This document shows, piece after piece, positions 21,894 to 34,954 of a stretch of DNA of 64,000 bases (position 1 is its first letter; each line of letters opens with the position of its first letter). The translations under genes were made by a program, and so were the position numbers. The stretch lies in the NCBI RefSeq assembly GCF_963506605.1, contig NC_083280.1:27342001-27406000 (forward strand), written 5' to 3'. This DNA comes from Zootoca vivipara. Its lineage: Eukaryota. The notes under the pieces are model-generated. The model did not search any database and had not been told where the DNA came from. It was given only the letters and a program-made list of their open reading frames with translations.

Positions 21894-22115
21894 GAGCAAC
21901 TGAAGGATGATGATACTGACTTCATTGTCAGTAACGATGAACTGTCTGTGACTTGTGCTGCTCCAGACCTTTCTCCGATGCCAGCACAGAACAGAATCGA
22001 CCTGCCCCATCTTCCAACCAAAGAAAACATTTACGAAGGAGACTTGGGCTTAGGAGGATATGAACTCCAGCCTGAGTCGGCTCCAGGTCAATCCCAGTTG
22101 GTGTCCTCAGCCTGA
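21894..22115 (+). CDS. SLC9A9: SLC9A9 terminal coding exon (73 aa + TGA)
   Basis: After cctag| it reads EQLKDDDTDFIVSNDELSVT...KENIYEGDLGLGGYELQPESAPGQSQLVSSA*. EQLK.DD and KENIYEGDLGLGGYEL..E...GQSQL match the recalled NHE9 C-terminus. Phase 0 fits the upstream exon. Confidence 0.95.
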   Translation, partial: EQLKDDDTDFIVSNDELSVTCAAPDLSPMPAQNRIDLPHLPTKENIYEGDLGLGGYELQPESAPGQSQLVSSA

Positions 22116-23260
22116 GGTCCAGCGAAAATGTATATCGCAAGCATCAAAAGGAGCACAGAAGGCATGGAAGCCATGTTTATTATGCAGAGCTTGAAAATGT
22201 ATTAAGGGCATAAATGGAGAAGAAGCGAAGCCTTGCTGAATCTATCCCTGGAGCCTGGAGGAATGAGAATTTATTACCATCCCTATATGTTATACAACTA
22301 CATTTAATTTTTCTGACAGTGGCAATTTTTAATAATGGAATCGAGGGCACCGTCTGTCTGCTACTGGGACATTACATATGCACTCATAGTCTCTGATCAT
22401 GCTTCATCGTTCCCATTCCTATCTCACATGCACACAAAGGCCTTTGAATGTTATTCTTCTAATTAATTCAATAGAGAGAAGGACGAGGATTTAGTTAACT
22501 ACAGTACATGCTCCAAAGATCACAACCATTTTGATGTTGTTACTCCCTTGCCTGTATATTATCCTATGTTGTCAGGTGGACTGTTCTTCCATATTTCTGG
22601 CTGGGGGGGGGGGGTTACCATTACTGTTGCAAGCTTTACATATATTTCAATCAATGGCAGTTTGCCAGCAATGGGTTAACAAAGTTGCACACAAAAACTG
22701 GGCATTGATATATGAGCTGCTGAGGACTGCACAAGTCACTAACTAGGGCCCTGTTATTGTTTTGATTGAGGATGATCACTGGTATAGACAGCAATTACAC
22801 TTCCTTCCCCCAGTCAATTTGTTCCTGCCCCTGTGCAGTAGATTCATAATACAAAGCCCATGTGCTGGCTTTTCTTCCCTGGTGTTCTATGTTGACTTCG
22901 GGAATGTGGAAAGAGAGGGAGAGAAAGACTGCAAGCCTTTATAAGACTTTAAAAACAAGGTGTGCAAACTCTTTTTCACACCCTCTGCAGCCTTAGATGT
23001 TGCAATGAGGAATAAGGCAGTCCTAGACATATGATAGCTCTGCACACTACACAGAGGAAAAGGTCATCTGAATCATCCATCGCAAGTGTATGAACATTGC
23101 TGCTCAAACCCACGTATCAAGAAGGTTGTGGTAGTGCCCCAAAGAGCAAGTTCATGCTCTTGACAAACTGTTCAAATGACCTGCTTGCTAATGCTACATG
23201 GCATAATACAATACAGACTGTGAAGCAATATATTAAAGAAATAAGGGAGATAAGGTGACT
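22116..23260 (+). other. SLC9A9: SLC9A9 3'UTR (end uncertain; ATTAAA at 23232, next AATAAA noticed at 25545)
   Basis: Largely repeat-free sequence after the stop codon, with candidate poly(A) signals. Confidence 0.5.
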
Positions 23261-24529
23261 AGATGTCTTCATGGATGGGATTCTGATGCCTTTAAGAGGT
23301 CCATAGTGGGCAACTTTTCCTAACCTAGCTGACAGCCCTATGGCATGGCCTTATACCGAATCAGACCATAGGTCAATTTTACTCAATATCGTCTGCACTC
23401 AAGGCCCACTCCATGTGCTCTGCTGCTAAGATTCAACCCCTATGTTCTGAGTTACTCACCCATTATGATGCTCATTAATTGGGTGGTTGCTGGACTACAG
23501 TAGCTTTAGAGCAACACATGGCAGGAACATAGCTTGAGAAGAAGGTCCTCCACAAGGTAGAGCTGTTAAACTGCACTATAATTTTCTAACTTCTCTATGG
23601 TTTACTGTTGTTTACAAATTTCTCTATCTGTTTGCCTGTTCCTTACTTTATTAGAATAGCATCTAGTGCCTACAAGTGCTCAGCTCCTTTGTGGCCTTAT
23701 GGGCATGTAGTTTTGCTGCAATCATAGGTCCTCTTATTGTGTTTATCTCTCCCCTACAAAAAAAAAACAAAAAACAGCAGCATCTTTGGCAATTATTTAT
23801 TTACCTATACCAGTCGTGCATACCTACCGTAAGTGCAATTCTGTAGGAGAGGCAGGGGTGAGAAGGACTATCACTTTCACAATACAGGCAAGTGATTTCC
23901 TGATATTTTAAAAGTCTGAAAATGATTGAAAACCAAGTAAAAAAAAATACAGTGGAAAACAATGTAATACATTATCCTATCACTGATGGAGCTCAAATGC
24001 CCAGGAAAACAAAAACATATTTGCCTCATGCCAATATATAATGCCAGGTGATATTATTCCCAAGGCAATTCCTCATTTTGTAGATTGTTTTTTTCTACAA
24101 ACACTTGCTTGGTGAGATAAGTAGAAGCAGGGAAATTTTCCTCTTTGCAATGCAGTTTTCCCGACTTATGTATACTTTGATGTGACATGTTTTCAATGAA
24201 ATAGTGCGGGTGAGATCGGCATATTTTATCATATACCTCAAATAATCACTGAGTCATGGTAACAATCTCATGCCATCAAGTTCCAGGATAAACTGCGATT
24301 GTTTTGTCTTTTGATTCAGTGTTAGCACATGACTCTTCAGCACTTACCTACCTGGGAAGAGGTATTTGGAAGGTATTGCAAATACGTGCCCAGTATGTAA
24401 TACATGCTTGTATCAAAGGGTCCATCTTAATGGAAATCTTATTATCACACAACTGGAAGTTTGAGAAGCAATCCCATGGAAAGTGGGGCTCAGATTGTGA
24501 TGGGATTTCTCATGTTAACACTGAACATG

Positions 24530-25010
24530 CGATCATAAGATGAGGCCTGCTGGATGAGGTCAAAGGCCCATCTAGCCAGCATCCTGGTCTCATAGTGGCA
24601 AACCAGATGCTTATGAGATGCCTGCAAGCAGAACTCTCCCCGTGTGTGATTCCTAGCAACTGGTATTCAGAGGCATATAGTGGAGATGTAGCAAAGCCAT
24701 TTGTGGCCAGTAGCCTTTGATAGCCTTGTCCTCTATAAACCTGCCTAATCCTCTTGTAAAACCATCCATGTTGGTGGCCTTCGCTACCGTTGTCCGCTTG
24801 AAGCAGTGCTTCCTTTCTCCTCTCCTGAATCTTCCAGCATTCAGCTTCACTGAATGACCCTGAGTTCAAATATTATGAGAGAGGGGGGAATCAGGGGAAA
24901 AAAATATCCACATCATGAATAATCTTATACACCTCTATCATGACCCTGCCTTATTCTCCTTAAGAAACTCTAAAACTTGTAACTTTTCCTCATAGAGAAG
25001 TTTCTCTAAC
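24530..25010 (-). mobile_element. old CR1 LINE 3' fragment
   Basis: cataaga...gcctgctggat..g.caaaggcccatctagccagcatcc; cctgaatcttccagcattcagcttca. Confidence 0.8.
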
Positions 25011-25011
25011 C

Positions 25012-25147
25012 CAGGCACAGGCAACCTTGGCTCTCCAGATGTTTTGGAAGTACAACTCCCATGATCCCTGACCACTGGCCCTGTTAGCTAGGGATCATGG
25101 GAGTTGTAGTTCCAAAACATATGGAGAGCCAAGGTTGCCTTTGCCTG
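25012..25147. mobile_element. near-perfect palindromic hAT MITE
   Basis: About 57-bp inverted arms; perfect TSD ctctaacc. Confidence 0.92.
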
Positions 25148-26121
25148 CTCTAACCTCTTGCACTGTCTTGAACTTGAACTATGTACCCTAGCCCAGAATG
25201 GGATTCTCTAAGGAAATGCTTAATCTTAAATGAAATGTAGAGTGGATTTCAAGAAAGATGAATGACTACACTGAAAAGGCATTCCATGCAGACCTTTCAT
25301 AATAGTGGTCACACGCTTTGGCCACAGTCCAGGACTGGGACTGCTTCTCTGAAATCAATGCACGTAAAGATGACTAACTCTGTTCTGTACTGTACTGTAT
25401 TGCATTTTATTCGCAACTCAGGAATGCAGCTTCAAGTTGCTTATTGCACAGTCATGAAAAGGTTGCTACCCCAGAAGTCAAGCCTTAAGGGAAATTTTAT
25501 GGAACAATGACTCATATCTTTCAACAACATTTGTAATCTGTAAGAATAAATGTCACACCATCTCGTTGAGACTGTGAATGATTGTAAAGTGGAATGGGTT
25601 TTGGTTCACTCACAGATGATAAGAGCAGCACAAACTTAAATATAATCAAGCTTTAATCTTGCCTTTCCAAGTCTAATTAATTGTCGATTGAATGTTATAC
25701 TACAGCAGCTGCTTTAAGCCTTAATTTAAAACAGGGATTCTATGCACTCTACAACTGATCACAAGCTGAAATGTGTTTTTATTGAATTTATTCCAAAACA
25801 TGAATCAAGTTGCTTCAAAGAATCTCACAAGGGGAAATATATATTGGCTCTACTGATTTTTGACCCTGATGAAAAAAAAGTCATCAGCTTATAGCTCCTG
25901 GGTATGACATACTTAGCTGCCTAAGCAGAAGCAGAGGTGAAACGGAATGAAGAGAGTTATGTATACAGAGCAAGATGCATGTGGAACTAAAGTCACAAGA
26001 AGAACATGAAAGGACTCCCTTCTCAATGAAGGATGCAACTGGGATGTTCTGTAACCCAATGTGAGAATGAAGAATTCTGATCCAGGAGGCCTCATAAGAA
26101 ATGGTTAGACAAGCTAGACTA

Positions 26122-26345
26122 CAGTGGTACCTCAGTTTACGAACTTAATCCGTTCTGGAAGTCAGTTCTTAAACCAAAACTGTTCTTAAACTGAGGCACG
26201 CTTTCCCTAATGAGGCCTCCTGCCGCCGGTGCCCTTCCACCGTTCAGATTCTTTTCTTAGACGAGGTAAAGTTCTCAAACCAGGACACTATTTCCGGCTT
26301 TGCAGAGTTCGTAAACCGAATTGTTTGTAAACTGAGGTACCACTG
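26122..26345. mobile_element. Tc1/mariner (Tigger-like) MITE
   Basis: TA|cagtggtacctcagtttac ... gtaaactgaggtaccactg|TA. Confidence 0.92.
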
Positions 26346-26586
26346 TATTATGAACAGCTTAGATATCTTTTCTTCTAGTAGATGGCATATACAGTACAGT
26401 TGTTAAATAAACACCTTCCTGAAAACTGCTACAATGAGAAGCTTTAGTTCAGTAGGCAGGTTCATGGTTACATCGCACCAGAGGATAGAAAGTGGTTGCA
26501 TCCTTTCGTAAAAGTTGTGCAAACGGATATATTTTATGGTGGTGGAGGAGGAGAGAGAGAATTCAGAGCCCACTCAATAGATTGTA

Positions 26587-26828
26587 CAGTGGTACCCCTG
26601 GTTACGAACGGAATCCGTTCCGGAGGTCCGTTCATAACCGGAAACCGTTCATAACCTGAGGAGCGCTTTTGCTATTGGCATCTCCCGCTGTGTGCGCGCC
26701 TCTGGCACACGATTTCTGCTCACATCCTGGGGCAAAGTTCACAACCAGGAGCGCCTACTTCCGGGTTAGCAGAGCTTGTAATCCGCAGTGTGCATAACCA
26801 GGAGCATTCGCAACCAGAGGTACCACTG
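26587..26828. mobile_element. Tc1/mariner (Tigger-like) MITE
   Basis: TA|cagtggtacccctggttacg ... gcaaccagaggtaccactg|TA. Confidence 0.92.
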
Positions 26829-28002
26829 TATTCAGCTGCAAATTTGCAAGCTTTTGTGACTTCAATACAATTTAAGTGGACAGAATGGGATCTGTGCTTC
26901 CTGTTGCCCAGGATTCTCCATCTCATCTGAAATCAATCTTGCATATCTCCCCATGGGGGAGATAAGCGAGATCAATTCTGGACAAGAACATGAAGTGCAA
27001 GGAACAAGAAGCACAAATCAATTTTCCATCCTGTCTCCCCCACCCCACACTTTTTTTTATTTCTCTTTTGGCTATGGCCTGAGTGGCTCTGGGTTTAAGA
27101 TAACATTCAGGGCCAATATCTGATAACTGTGTTCTATATATAGAAATGGGTAGGATTAAATTCTCACATGGCCCTGTGAAAACTTGGTATTTGGGCTTTA
27201 GTCCAGTGTAATGTACAACTACCAGCTTAACTATAGGCACAAATTTATTGATAGTCATTGGGCTGCAAAAACTGCAATTAGTTGTGCATACATCGAACTT
27301 CCCTTTGACTAAATGGAAGTCTTTGCTCAGACATTCATTATATTTGCTTGATTAAATTGACCTATTGGCTGATGTGAAATATTTGATTTGTTAGCCTTAA
27401 CCTAATTTGTCTGAGCAAAACTGCAGATACCCCACCATTTCATACATGCTTGCTGGTCACTTCCCTGTGGTTCTATTACATGCACCTGTGATGTCCATGT
27501 GTGTGTAAATTCTTGTAGTGACATGAGCAGGGAGAGTCTCATCAGTCTTTTGCACCTGAGAAGCACTTTTTTGGAGAGAGCAGGACGAGAATACATGTGA
27601 GAAAGACTCACACTATCAGATCTGTCCAGGATTGTAATTTATCACACGTGTACTGCAGCTCTGTGGAATGACATCACACTGACATTGTATGGGAGGACTC
27701 AGTACTCATGGCACTTGTGGGTACCAAAGACAGACAAAATAGTTGACTCTTGTCGTAAGAATTAAGGGTTCTATAAATGGAGTGCATGAACATAAATGTA
27801 CTAGAGATAAATGCATAAGCCTAAGTGCACAAACACAGAAATATAAATCCATACGCAAATTCACAAAACACGCACTGTTACTTCCAAAGCGGCCCTTTAA
27901 ATTGACTCACCACCACCCCATTGGTCAAACAGACTGGCCAATAGAGGGAGCCCTAGCAGCAGGTCTAAAATGATCTAAATTGAAAGTGTGTATCTCCTGA
28001 AA

Positions 28003-28340
28003 GGTTGGCGCTGTGGCACAGAGCCTAGGGCTTGCCGATCAGAAGGCCGGCGGTTCGAATCCCCGCCACGAGGTGAGCTCCCATTGCTCGGTCACTGCTC
28101 CTGCCAACCTAGCAGTTTGGAAGCACATCAAATTGCAAATATATAAATAGGCACCGCTACAGTGGAAAGGTAAATGGTGTTTCCGTGCACTGCTCTGGTT
28201 CGCCAGAAGCAGCTTTGTCCAGGTCCACATGACCTGGAAGCTGTACGCCGGCTCCCTCGGCCAATAACACAAGATGAGCGCCGCAACCCCAGAGTCAGTC
28301 ACAACTGGACCTAATGGTCAGGGGTCCCTTTACCTTTACC
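28003..28340 (+). mobile_element. Sauria SINE
   Basis: Core sequence plus ctttacctttacc tail; TSD tatctcctgaaa. Confidence 0.93.
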
Positions 28341-29288
28341 TATCTCCTGAAAACAATCAATATATGGCTCTCGGTCCATATTTTATGAATTGAAAGCTTT
28401 GTTTTATGAATTAAATTTATGGCAACCACTACAGAAAACCAAGAGATGGACACAAAAAGCAGTGTGTGATCCCACAGCCACCCCCACATCACATAGGCAG
28501 AAAACACAGAAGCTCTTCGGCGGGCTGTGAGTAAACTGATATATTGAAGTGGGGATTGTTCAACAATATAGGAGACCTACGGTATCAAACAGAGGTTTTC
28601 CACTCATCAAAGAGGAATGATATGAGCAAAAGCAAGAAAAATGGGTCTCAGCAAAGCAGGAGAAAGCTTAATTTTAATTCCTAATGGCATGGTCAAAAAA
28701 TGTCTGGAAATGAATGGCAGGTCCAGACGAGCAATTCACAAAGCATCCTGATTGCAGTCATGTACTCCAGTTTTGCTGGGCAACCTCCTTTTTGGTGGTG
28801 TTTATGGTATGTTTTGGAGTGGTCTTTGGGCAGATACTTTCTGAGGTTTTAAAAGTTGTTACATTCTTGTGTCCAGGCCGGCTCACTCTTTTCCTTTTGG
28901 GTTGAAGGGACACCCTGTTGCAACAGAACATAATAAAGACCAAGCTTATCAGCTTGCCTTGCTTTTCTTTTCACCTGATTTGATGTCGCCTTTGTTTCCT
29001 CTGACTGACATCGGACCTCAAGGTATCCAACATCCCTTGCAAGGGGGTTATGCTGTAAACTCTGGATTCTTATAACCCTCTCAGTGCAGGGCTGAGGAAG
29101 AGGTATCCAGAGGATGGGTTTAGAAGCCCACAGGAACAATTTGAGGAAAGAGAAACAAGGGGAGACGCCTTAAAAATAGAACAGGCAGTTTGTCCTTTTG
29201 AGCCTTGTGCTGTCTGCTCTGATTGTCAAGGGCTTGTCAACTGGAGTTAACAAGGAGTGAGCCTTCTGAGGTCTCGGTGGGTGGAAGG

Positions 29289-29480
29289 CATAAGAACATA
29301 AGAGGACCCCTGCTGGATCAGGCCAAAGGCCCATCTACTCCAGCAACTGTTCTCACAGTGCCTGTGATAAGCCTGCACAAGAGCATTCTCCCTTCCTGGT
29401 TTTCCAGCAACTGGTATTCAGAAGAATACTATCTCCAACAGTGGAGGCAGAGCTTAACCAGCGTGGCTGGTGGCCATGTT
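29289..29480 (-). mobile_element. CR1 3' end fragment
   Basis: cataagaacataaga...ctgctggatcaggccaaaggcccatct. Confidence 0.75.
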
Positions 29481-29484
29481 GGTC

Positions 29485-29632
29485 TTCTGGGATAGCTCAG
29501 TTGGTAGAGCATGAGACTCTTAATCTCAGGGTCATGGGTTCAAGTCCCACATTGGGTAAAATATTCCTGCATTGCAGAGGGTTGGACTAGAAGACTTTCG
29601 TGGTCCGTCCAACTTTACAATTCTATTATTCT
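29485..29632 (+). mobile_element. tRNA-Lys(CTT)-derived SINE with CR1-type 3' tail
   Basis: tagctcagttggtagagcatgagactcttaatctcagggtc.tgggttc matches tRNA-Lys(CTT); followed by gggttggactaga...tccaactttacaattcta, like the CR1 tail. Confidence 0.88.
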
Positions 29633-30000
29633 TTGTGCTCTTCCACTCGTCTGTGTTCCCTCACAAAAAGTAAAGACTTTCTGTGTTCAAGGAGGAGGCA
29701 GCTTAACTTGGAACCGTAAGAGAAACGTTTCGACTTTTCTTTAAACGATTTCTTGCTTTTTCAGATGCACATGGATACAAAAGCATTCAACCATATGAAG
29801 AGGAAACCAAAATACGGAACTTCAAGAGAACAGGGGGGGGATGGGCACTACTACAATACTGCATCCTAAACAGGGAAAGATTGCAGGCAGGAAGAAGTAT
29901 ACATTGATGGCAACTGGCCTTGCCCATCAGAAACAGACAGTTTGAAGAAGACAAACTGTAGAGCAGCTTGTAAACTTATTTCTAGAGGAAAGCTGAAAAA

Positions 30001-30068
30001 TAGAATCACAGAACTGTAGAGTTGGAAGGGTCTTATATCTAGTCCAACCTCCTGCAATGCAGGAATCC
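30001..30068 (-). mobile_element. CR1/SINE 3' tail fragment
   Basis: tagaatcacagaactgtagagttggaaggg...ctagtccaacc.cctgcaatgcaggaa. Confidence 0.75.
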
Positions 30069-30814
30069 TGCACACGACACAGGTGACCATCTCAATCAGA
30101 ACAATTCATCCTTATAGATCAAGTTCTGAATCAAGAGTAGGCCCTCCAGATGTTGTTCAGCTCCCATGGCCAATGGTGAGAGATAATGGGAGATGGATCC
30201 CAAGAACATCGACAGAGAAACAAGTTTCCCCACCCGTTTTAAATGTTCTCTATCCACAAACTGTGGTTAGCACAGAAATAGGCAACAGGCATACCGAAAG
30301 TACAGAGCCAATCAAAACTCTTTGATTGTTTGAAAGGTTGAAAAAAATACACATGAAAGAGTCATTTGAAGAGCAATAGAATAGAAATGATGGGGCAAAT
30401 TAGACTTGCCTGGGACTTAAGAGTATATAAATATAATGGGAATTTCAGAAACCAGCTGCAACAGAGAAAATTGTTGGATACGGTTCGCGCTGAATAAAAT
30501 GAATCAGTAGAAGAGAAGGCCAGATTGATGGCTGCTTTGTCCCGTGTGTCAAAGAAGGCAAAGATGATTATTAGAAATCCTACAAAAATATATTTAGCCA
30601 CAGGATCACTCTGGAGAGAACAAAAGCAGTACAGTTAAAGACTTTCAATCAGTCAACTGGCCAAAACGTTGGCAGTAGTCTGGGAAGCAGCATAGTTAAG
30701 TAGCAGAGACAAGGAAACCATAAAAGGTAAGTAATGAGCAATATTTAATTATTTAGGATGCTTTATTTAGGCTTTAAGAACTAAAATCCATCAGCACCAT
30801 CATAATTCTGTAAC

Positions 30815-30965
30815 AGGGCACATGCTTTGTATACAAAAGGTGCCAGGTTCAATCCTCTGCATTTTCAGGTAGAGCTGAGCTACGAATGCTCCCAAGTCTG
30901 AAACCCTGGAAAATCAGTGCCCATCAGTGTGCAGATAATGTTGTGGTACAAGGATCAATGGACAC
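30815..30965 (+). mobile_element. Squam3-like SINE, degenerate
   Basis: gcacatgctttg...ccaggttcaatcc...caggtagagctg...tgaaaccctgga...cagtgtgcagataat. Confidence 0.6.
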
Positions 30966-32639
30966 CCTTGGAAAACACGTTACAAACATGCATTGTGAAG
31001 TTGGGAGATTCCCATATGAGATATATATGTTCTGTTTTTCTGTTTTATGTCTGTTTCTCAATCGTGTTGTTTGTTCATGGTTTTTTTTTCCTGATCTATT
31101 ATAAGGCAGCTTCCTGCATAAGAGTCTCTCCACCCCTCTGCTCGCCGCCCCCTCCTCATTTCCTGTGAGTGGATGGAAAACAGCTCTCTTGAACTTCTTG
31201 CAATGAACCACTTCAGAGCGTTTTAATAAATAAATAACATAACCCAGGCAATTCCTATCATCAGCGATGTAATCCTGGCAGACATGAATCCCGGCTAGTC
31301 AACTGTGAACTGCCTGTCAACAATTTTACCAGAAAAACAACAACGTTATAGCACAATCTGGAAGTTTGCCTTGCTTCATTCCACTCCCGAAACCAATCGT
31401 TCAGTTACCAAGTTTTGTTCTCTTTCTTCTGCTGAAGGAAACTCAATGTCAGATGAGTCCATGTGAATTTGGCTTTCAGGTTTTGTCATCTTCTTTAGAA
31501 AGAGATCCCCTCCCATGTTTTCTTGCGGAAATAGCATGGAGAAGGGGTAAAAAAAACAACAACCCTTCCTCCATTCTTCTGTTCTGATTCAAATCAGTAG
31601 GGGCCTGTTAGTGGCTAGGAGATCTGTGAATAGGTCTCTGGTTTTGCCCTGAGTAGGTTGGTCTGGCTTGGCAATTGTTCTAATAGGCTTTAACTTTAAC
31701 AGCTTAGCTCTATGTACCCAACAGGGAAAGCTGATGGATATAAATAAAACACTACTGTTACTTCCTTCAATTAGAGCTTTTTAAAAAAGAGACAGTGTCA
31801 TCTCTGAAATTGTATTAAAATAATGTATTCTGTCCACATGAGGAGGTATTATTGCTAGGCATTATTACACATGCCTTAGACAAGCAATACACCAGTGAGT
31901 TAAAGATAATAATAATGCTCCCCTATATAAGAAATAATGAGATTTCTTATATTTGAGTGGAGCACATACTAAACTAGCCCCATGTCCCAGAATACAGAGC
32001 AGACTAGAACTCAACACACAAGGCAAGGAGCGGGGAGAAGCAAGTAGGAGAATAAAGAAAAATGATGGAGGGGAGAGAATTAATTTGGATGCCAAAGGAG
32101 AGAATGATCCTAAAGGAAGTCAGAAAGCAGTTCCAACTAAGATGTGTCTGGAGATTCCCATGTAAGTCTGCAAAATGCGCTTTTGTTGTAATGAGCCTGT
32201 CAGTGACAAGCTGGCTCCCTCCAGATATTTTTATTTGTTCTTCTTTCATCGTCTTTTGCCTGAAAGCATCCCCGCTCTGTATATAGAGAGGTTCCATTGT
32301 TGGTTCCCATCAGGGTGTTTTATCACTGGGTTTTAATATACTTTCATTATGCTTATGTGAAAGTGCCCTGGGTGTGCTATATAAATATTGTCATCCCCGT
32401 TTTATTTGGTAAGATTTCAGGCTGAAAACGCTAGTTAAATAATCCTGGATGACTCAAATGGGCCCAAACCACATGAGTGCCTGCCACTTGTCACAAGCAA
32501 TGAACCTTACAAAGAGGTGCTCATTTAATTCAGGGTCCCAGCACCAGCAACATTGTCAGGGTAAGGGGGGCAGTGGATTGCCTTTGAAGCCTGACTCCAT
32601 GTGTCTGTACTTGGATGTAAGCACCACTGAGTTAAAAGT

Positions 32640-33015
32640 GATGTGGGTAGTGCTGTGGTCTAAACCACTGAGCCTCTTGGGCTTGCCGATCAGAAGGTCA
32701 GCAGTTTGAATCCCCGCGATGGGGTGAGCTCCCATTGCTCTGTCCCAGCTCCTGCAAACCTAGCAGTTCGAAAGCACACAAGTGCAAGTAGATAAATAGG
32801 TACCGCTGTGGTGGGAAGGTAAATGGCATTTCCATGTGCTCTGGATTCGGTTACGGTGTTCCGTTGCGCCAGAAGTGGTTTAGTCAGACTGGCCACATGA
32901 CCCAGAAAGCTGTCTGTGGACAAATGCCAGATCCCTTGGCCTGAAAGTGAGATGAGCGCCGCAACCCCATAGTTGCCTCTGACTGGACTTAACCATCCAG
33001 GGGCTCTTTACCGTT
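32640..33015 (+). mobile_element. Sauria SINE (long subfamily) inserted in a short palindromic MITE
   Basis: Full core with the gctgtctgtggacaaa segment; flanks gtaagcaccactga.../...gcttactcc. Confidence 0.9.
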
Positions 33016-34185
33016 AGCTTACTCCCCCAAATAAGTAGTCAGAAGTATTCATTACTCCCCCAAGTAAGTATTCAGAAGAATGCAGCCTAAATTCTCATTC
33101 CCTCCCATTCTTCTTACAGTTCCCCAAACGAAGCAGCAGGACAGTGCAAGGCACTATTGTGGCTCCGTCTCTCTTTTCTCTTGTCACTGCTTCCATGCTT
33201 GGGGAGGGCAGGTGAACAGGTAGTGACAGCAAAGAGGAGGAGCAGGGCCAGGGGACTCTGGAAATGAGCAATGGGATCCATGCAGGTCTGTGGGTGTCAG
33301 CAGATGCCCAACGTCAAATTCTTAATGCCAGTCTGAGTAGAAATGGGAACCTGCTAATGTCCTATATAGTTTTTTCAATACTTTTTTTCCCCCATTCAAA
33401 AGTTAGAAAGTTTCTAGTGAAGGTTCCTGGTTTAAAGTGAATTTGGGTAAGTGGATGTAAGGCTTTCCTGACTGATGGTTGAGAAGAGAACAAAGATACA
33501 TCCCGCACTCCTAGTTCCTGCTCTTTCCACCCACATGGAGCCTGGTATAAGAAACATATTTCTGAGAGTCTATTGTTAGCGCATTTTCTGCAAACTGGTG
33601 ATTTAACCCAAAGCTCTTATCTTGTAAAAGATTTTAATTAGCTTTATTGTGAGTCTATCATGAGGTGTCTCAAAGGTTCCTGTCAAATAGGTACTGGGGG
33701 GGGGGCTATTATAAAACCACCTTTAATAAGAGTAAGCAAAGCTGCTTCAGGAGAAGATGTTGACCTCTGTGTTTAGCAGATAACCTCTATTTCTCTTTCT
33801 GACTCTTGAGGTCTCTCAAAATGTCAGCTTGAACACGGAAAAAGGTTTGAAATTTTGGACACTAAAGAAACATTTCATGTTCCACACGCTAGCAGATATT
33901 TTGAGAGCTTGTGTAGTTTTGCAAGAAATCGCACAAAGCGAAGGGACGTGTTAATTTATAGCCTTGCTTTTCTCCTCTTTTTCCTTTCATGTCTTCTTTT
34001 TCTCATCTTTTGTATTTGCAGTGCAGGCGGATCCATTAGGGCAACTGAGGCATCTCCTCAACAACCCCAGCCAGCTCTCAGCCAGCCATGTCTGTCACCC
34101 TTCCTACTTAGCAACCAGTCCCAGCAATGGCTGTCTGCTTCCTCCTCCTCCTTAGTCTCAGTCTTGCCCTTGTGGGACTCAGTAG

Positions 34186-34209
34186 GGAGGAGGAGGAGGA
34201 GGAGGAGGA
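34186..34209. repeat. (GGA)n microsatellite
   Basis: ggaggaggaggaggaggaggagga. Confidence 0.9.
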
Positions 34210-34954
34210 CAAAACTGGAATTAGTGAACTTTGCCTGTTGTTGGCTCTGACCCCCTTCTGTCCTGCTAGTTCCAGCACCAAGCACCATTGTGTGCTTGGT
34301 TGCCTTTGATGCAGACACTGGATGTGAAAGGTGGATGTGCAGCTGGGACCTATAGTTGGCTGTGGAGTGTGAAGATTGGCTAAGGCAGGCACCAACCATT
34401 CCACAGTCTACAACAGGAAAGCTGTGCAGGGGCAGACCTTGGTCTTTCCAATTTCAGGAGTGCCCTGTGTGAGGCCAAAATTTGACATGCACACACACAC
34501 ACACACCCATCTCTCACCTTCCATTCTGCTCAATTCACTGTGTCATAGTTGCTCTTTCCCTACTGCCGCAGTGACATTCATTCTGCAAGCTGAGTAACTA
34601 ACCAGGACATCCCTTCTTCAGACAACGAGCATGTCCTGCCATGTTTATTCTCTTGAGGGTTTGCACTTCTCCCCTTCCCACTCCAAATGCCAATCATAGC
34701 CGTCCCTTCGCTCATTGGCTAAGAGCTCCAAGAGGGCAGTTTCACAGGGTCGTTTCTCCAGAAGAGTCTGGAGGTAACGGCAGCTCTTCCTTCTCACACG
34801 CTGACCATCCTCATCCCCATTCCCAGAATTGCCATGTCAGTTACCCAACTGCGGATTGGAGGACATGGTGCTGCTAGCCTCCAACAAGAGGCTTTTCCAG
34901 CTGAGAGCTTCTGGTTGTAGAACCAAGCATTCTTCTGGCTTCAGCACTGGTTCT

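Noticed and set aside
29485-29560. Functional tRNA-Lys(CTT) gene
   Set aside because: The acceptor and T stems are mutated and it runs straight into a CR1-type tail, so it is a SINE head.
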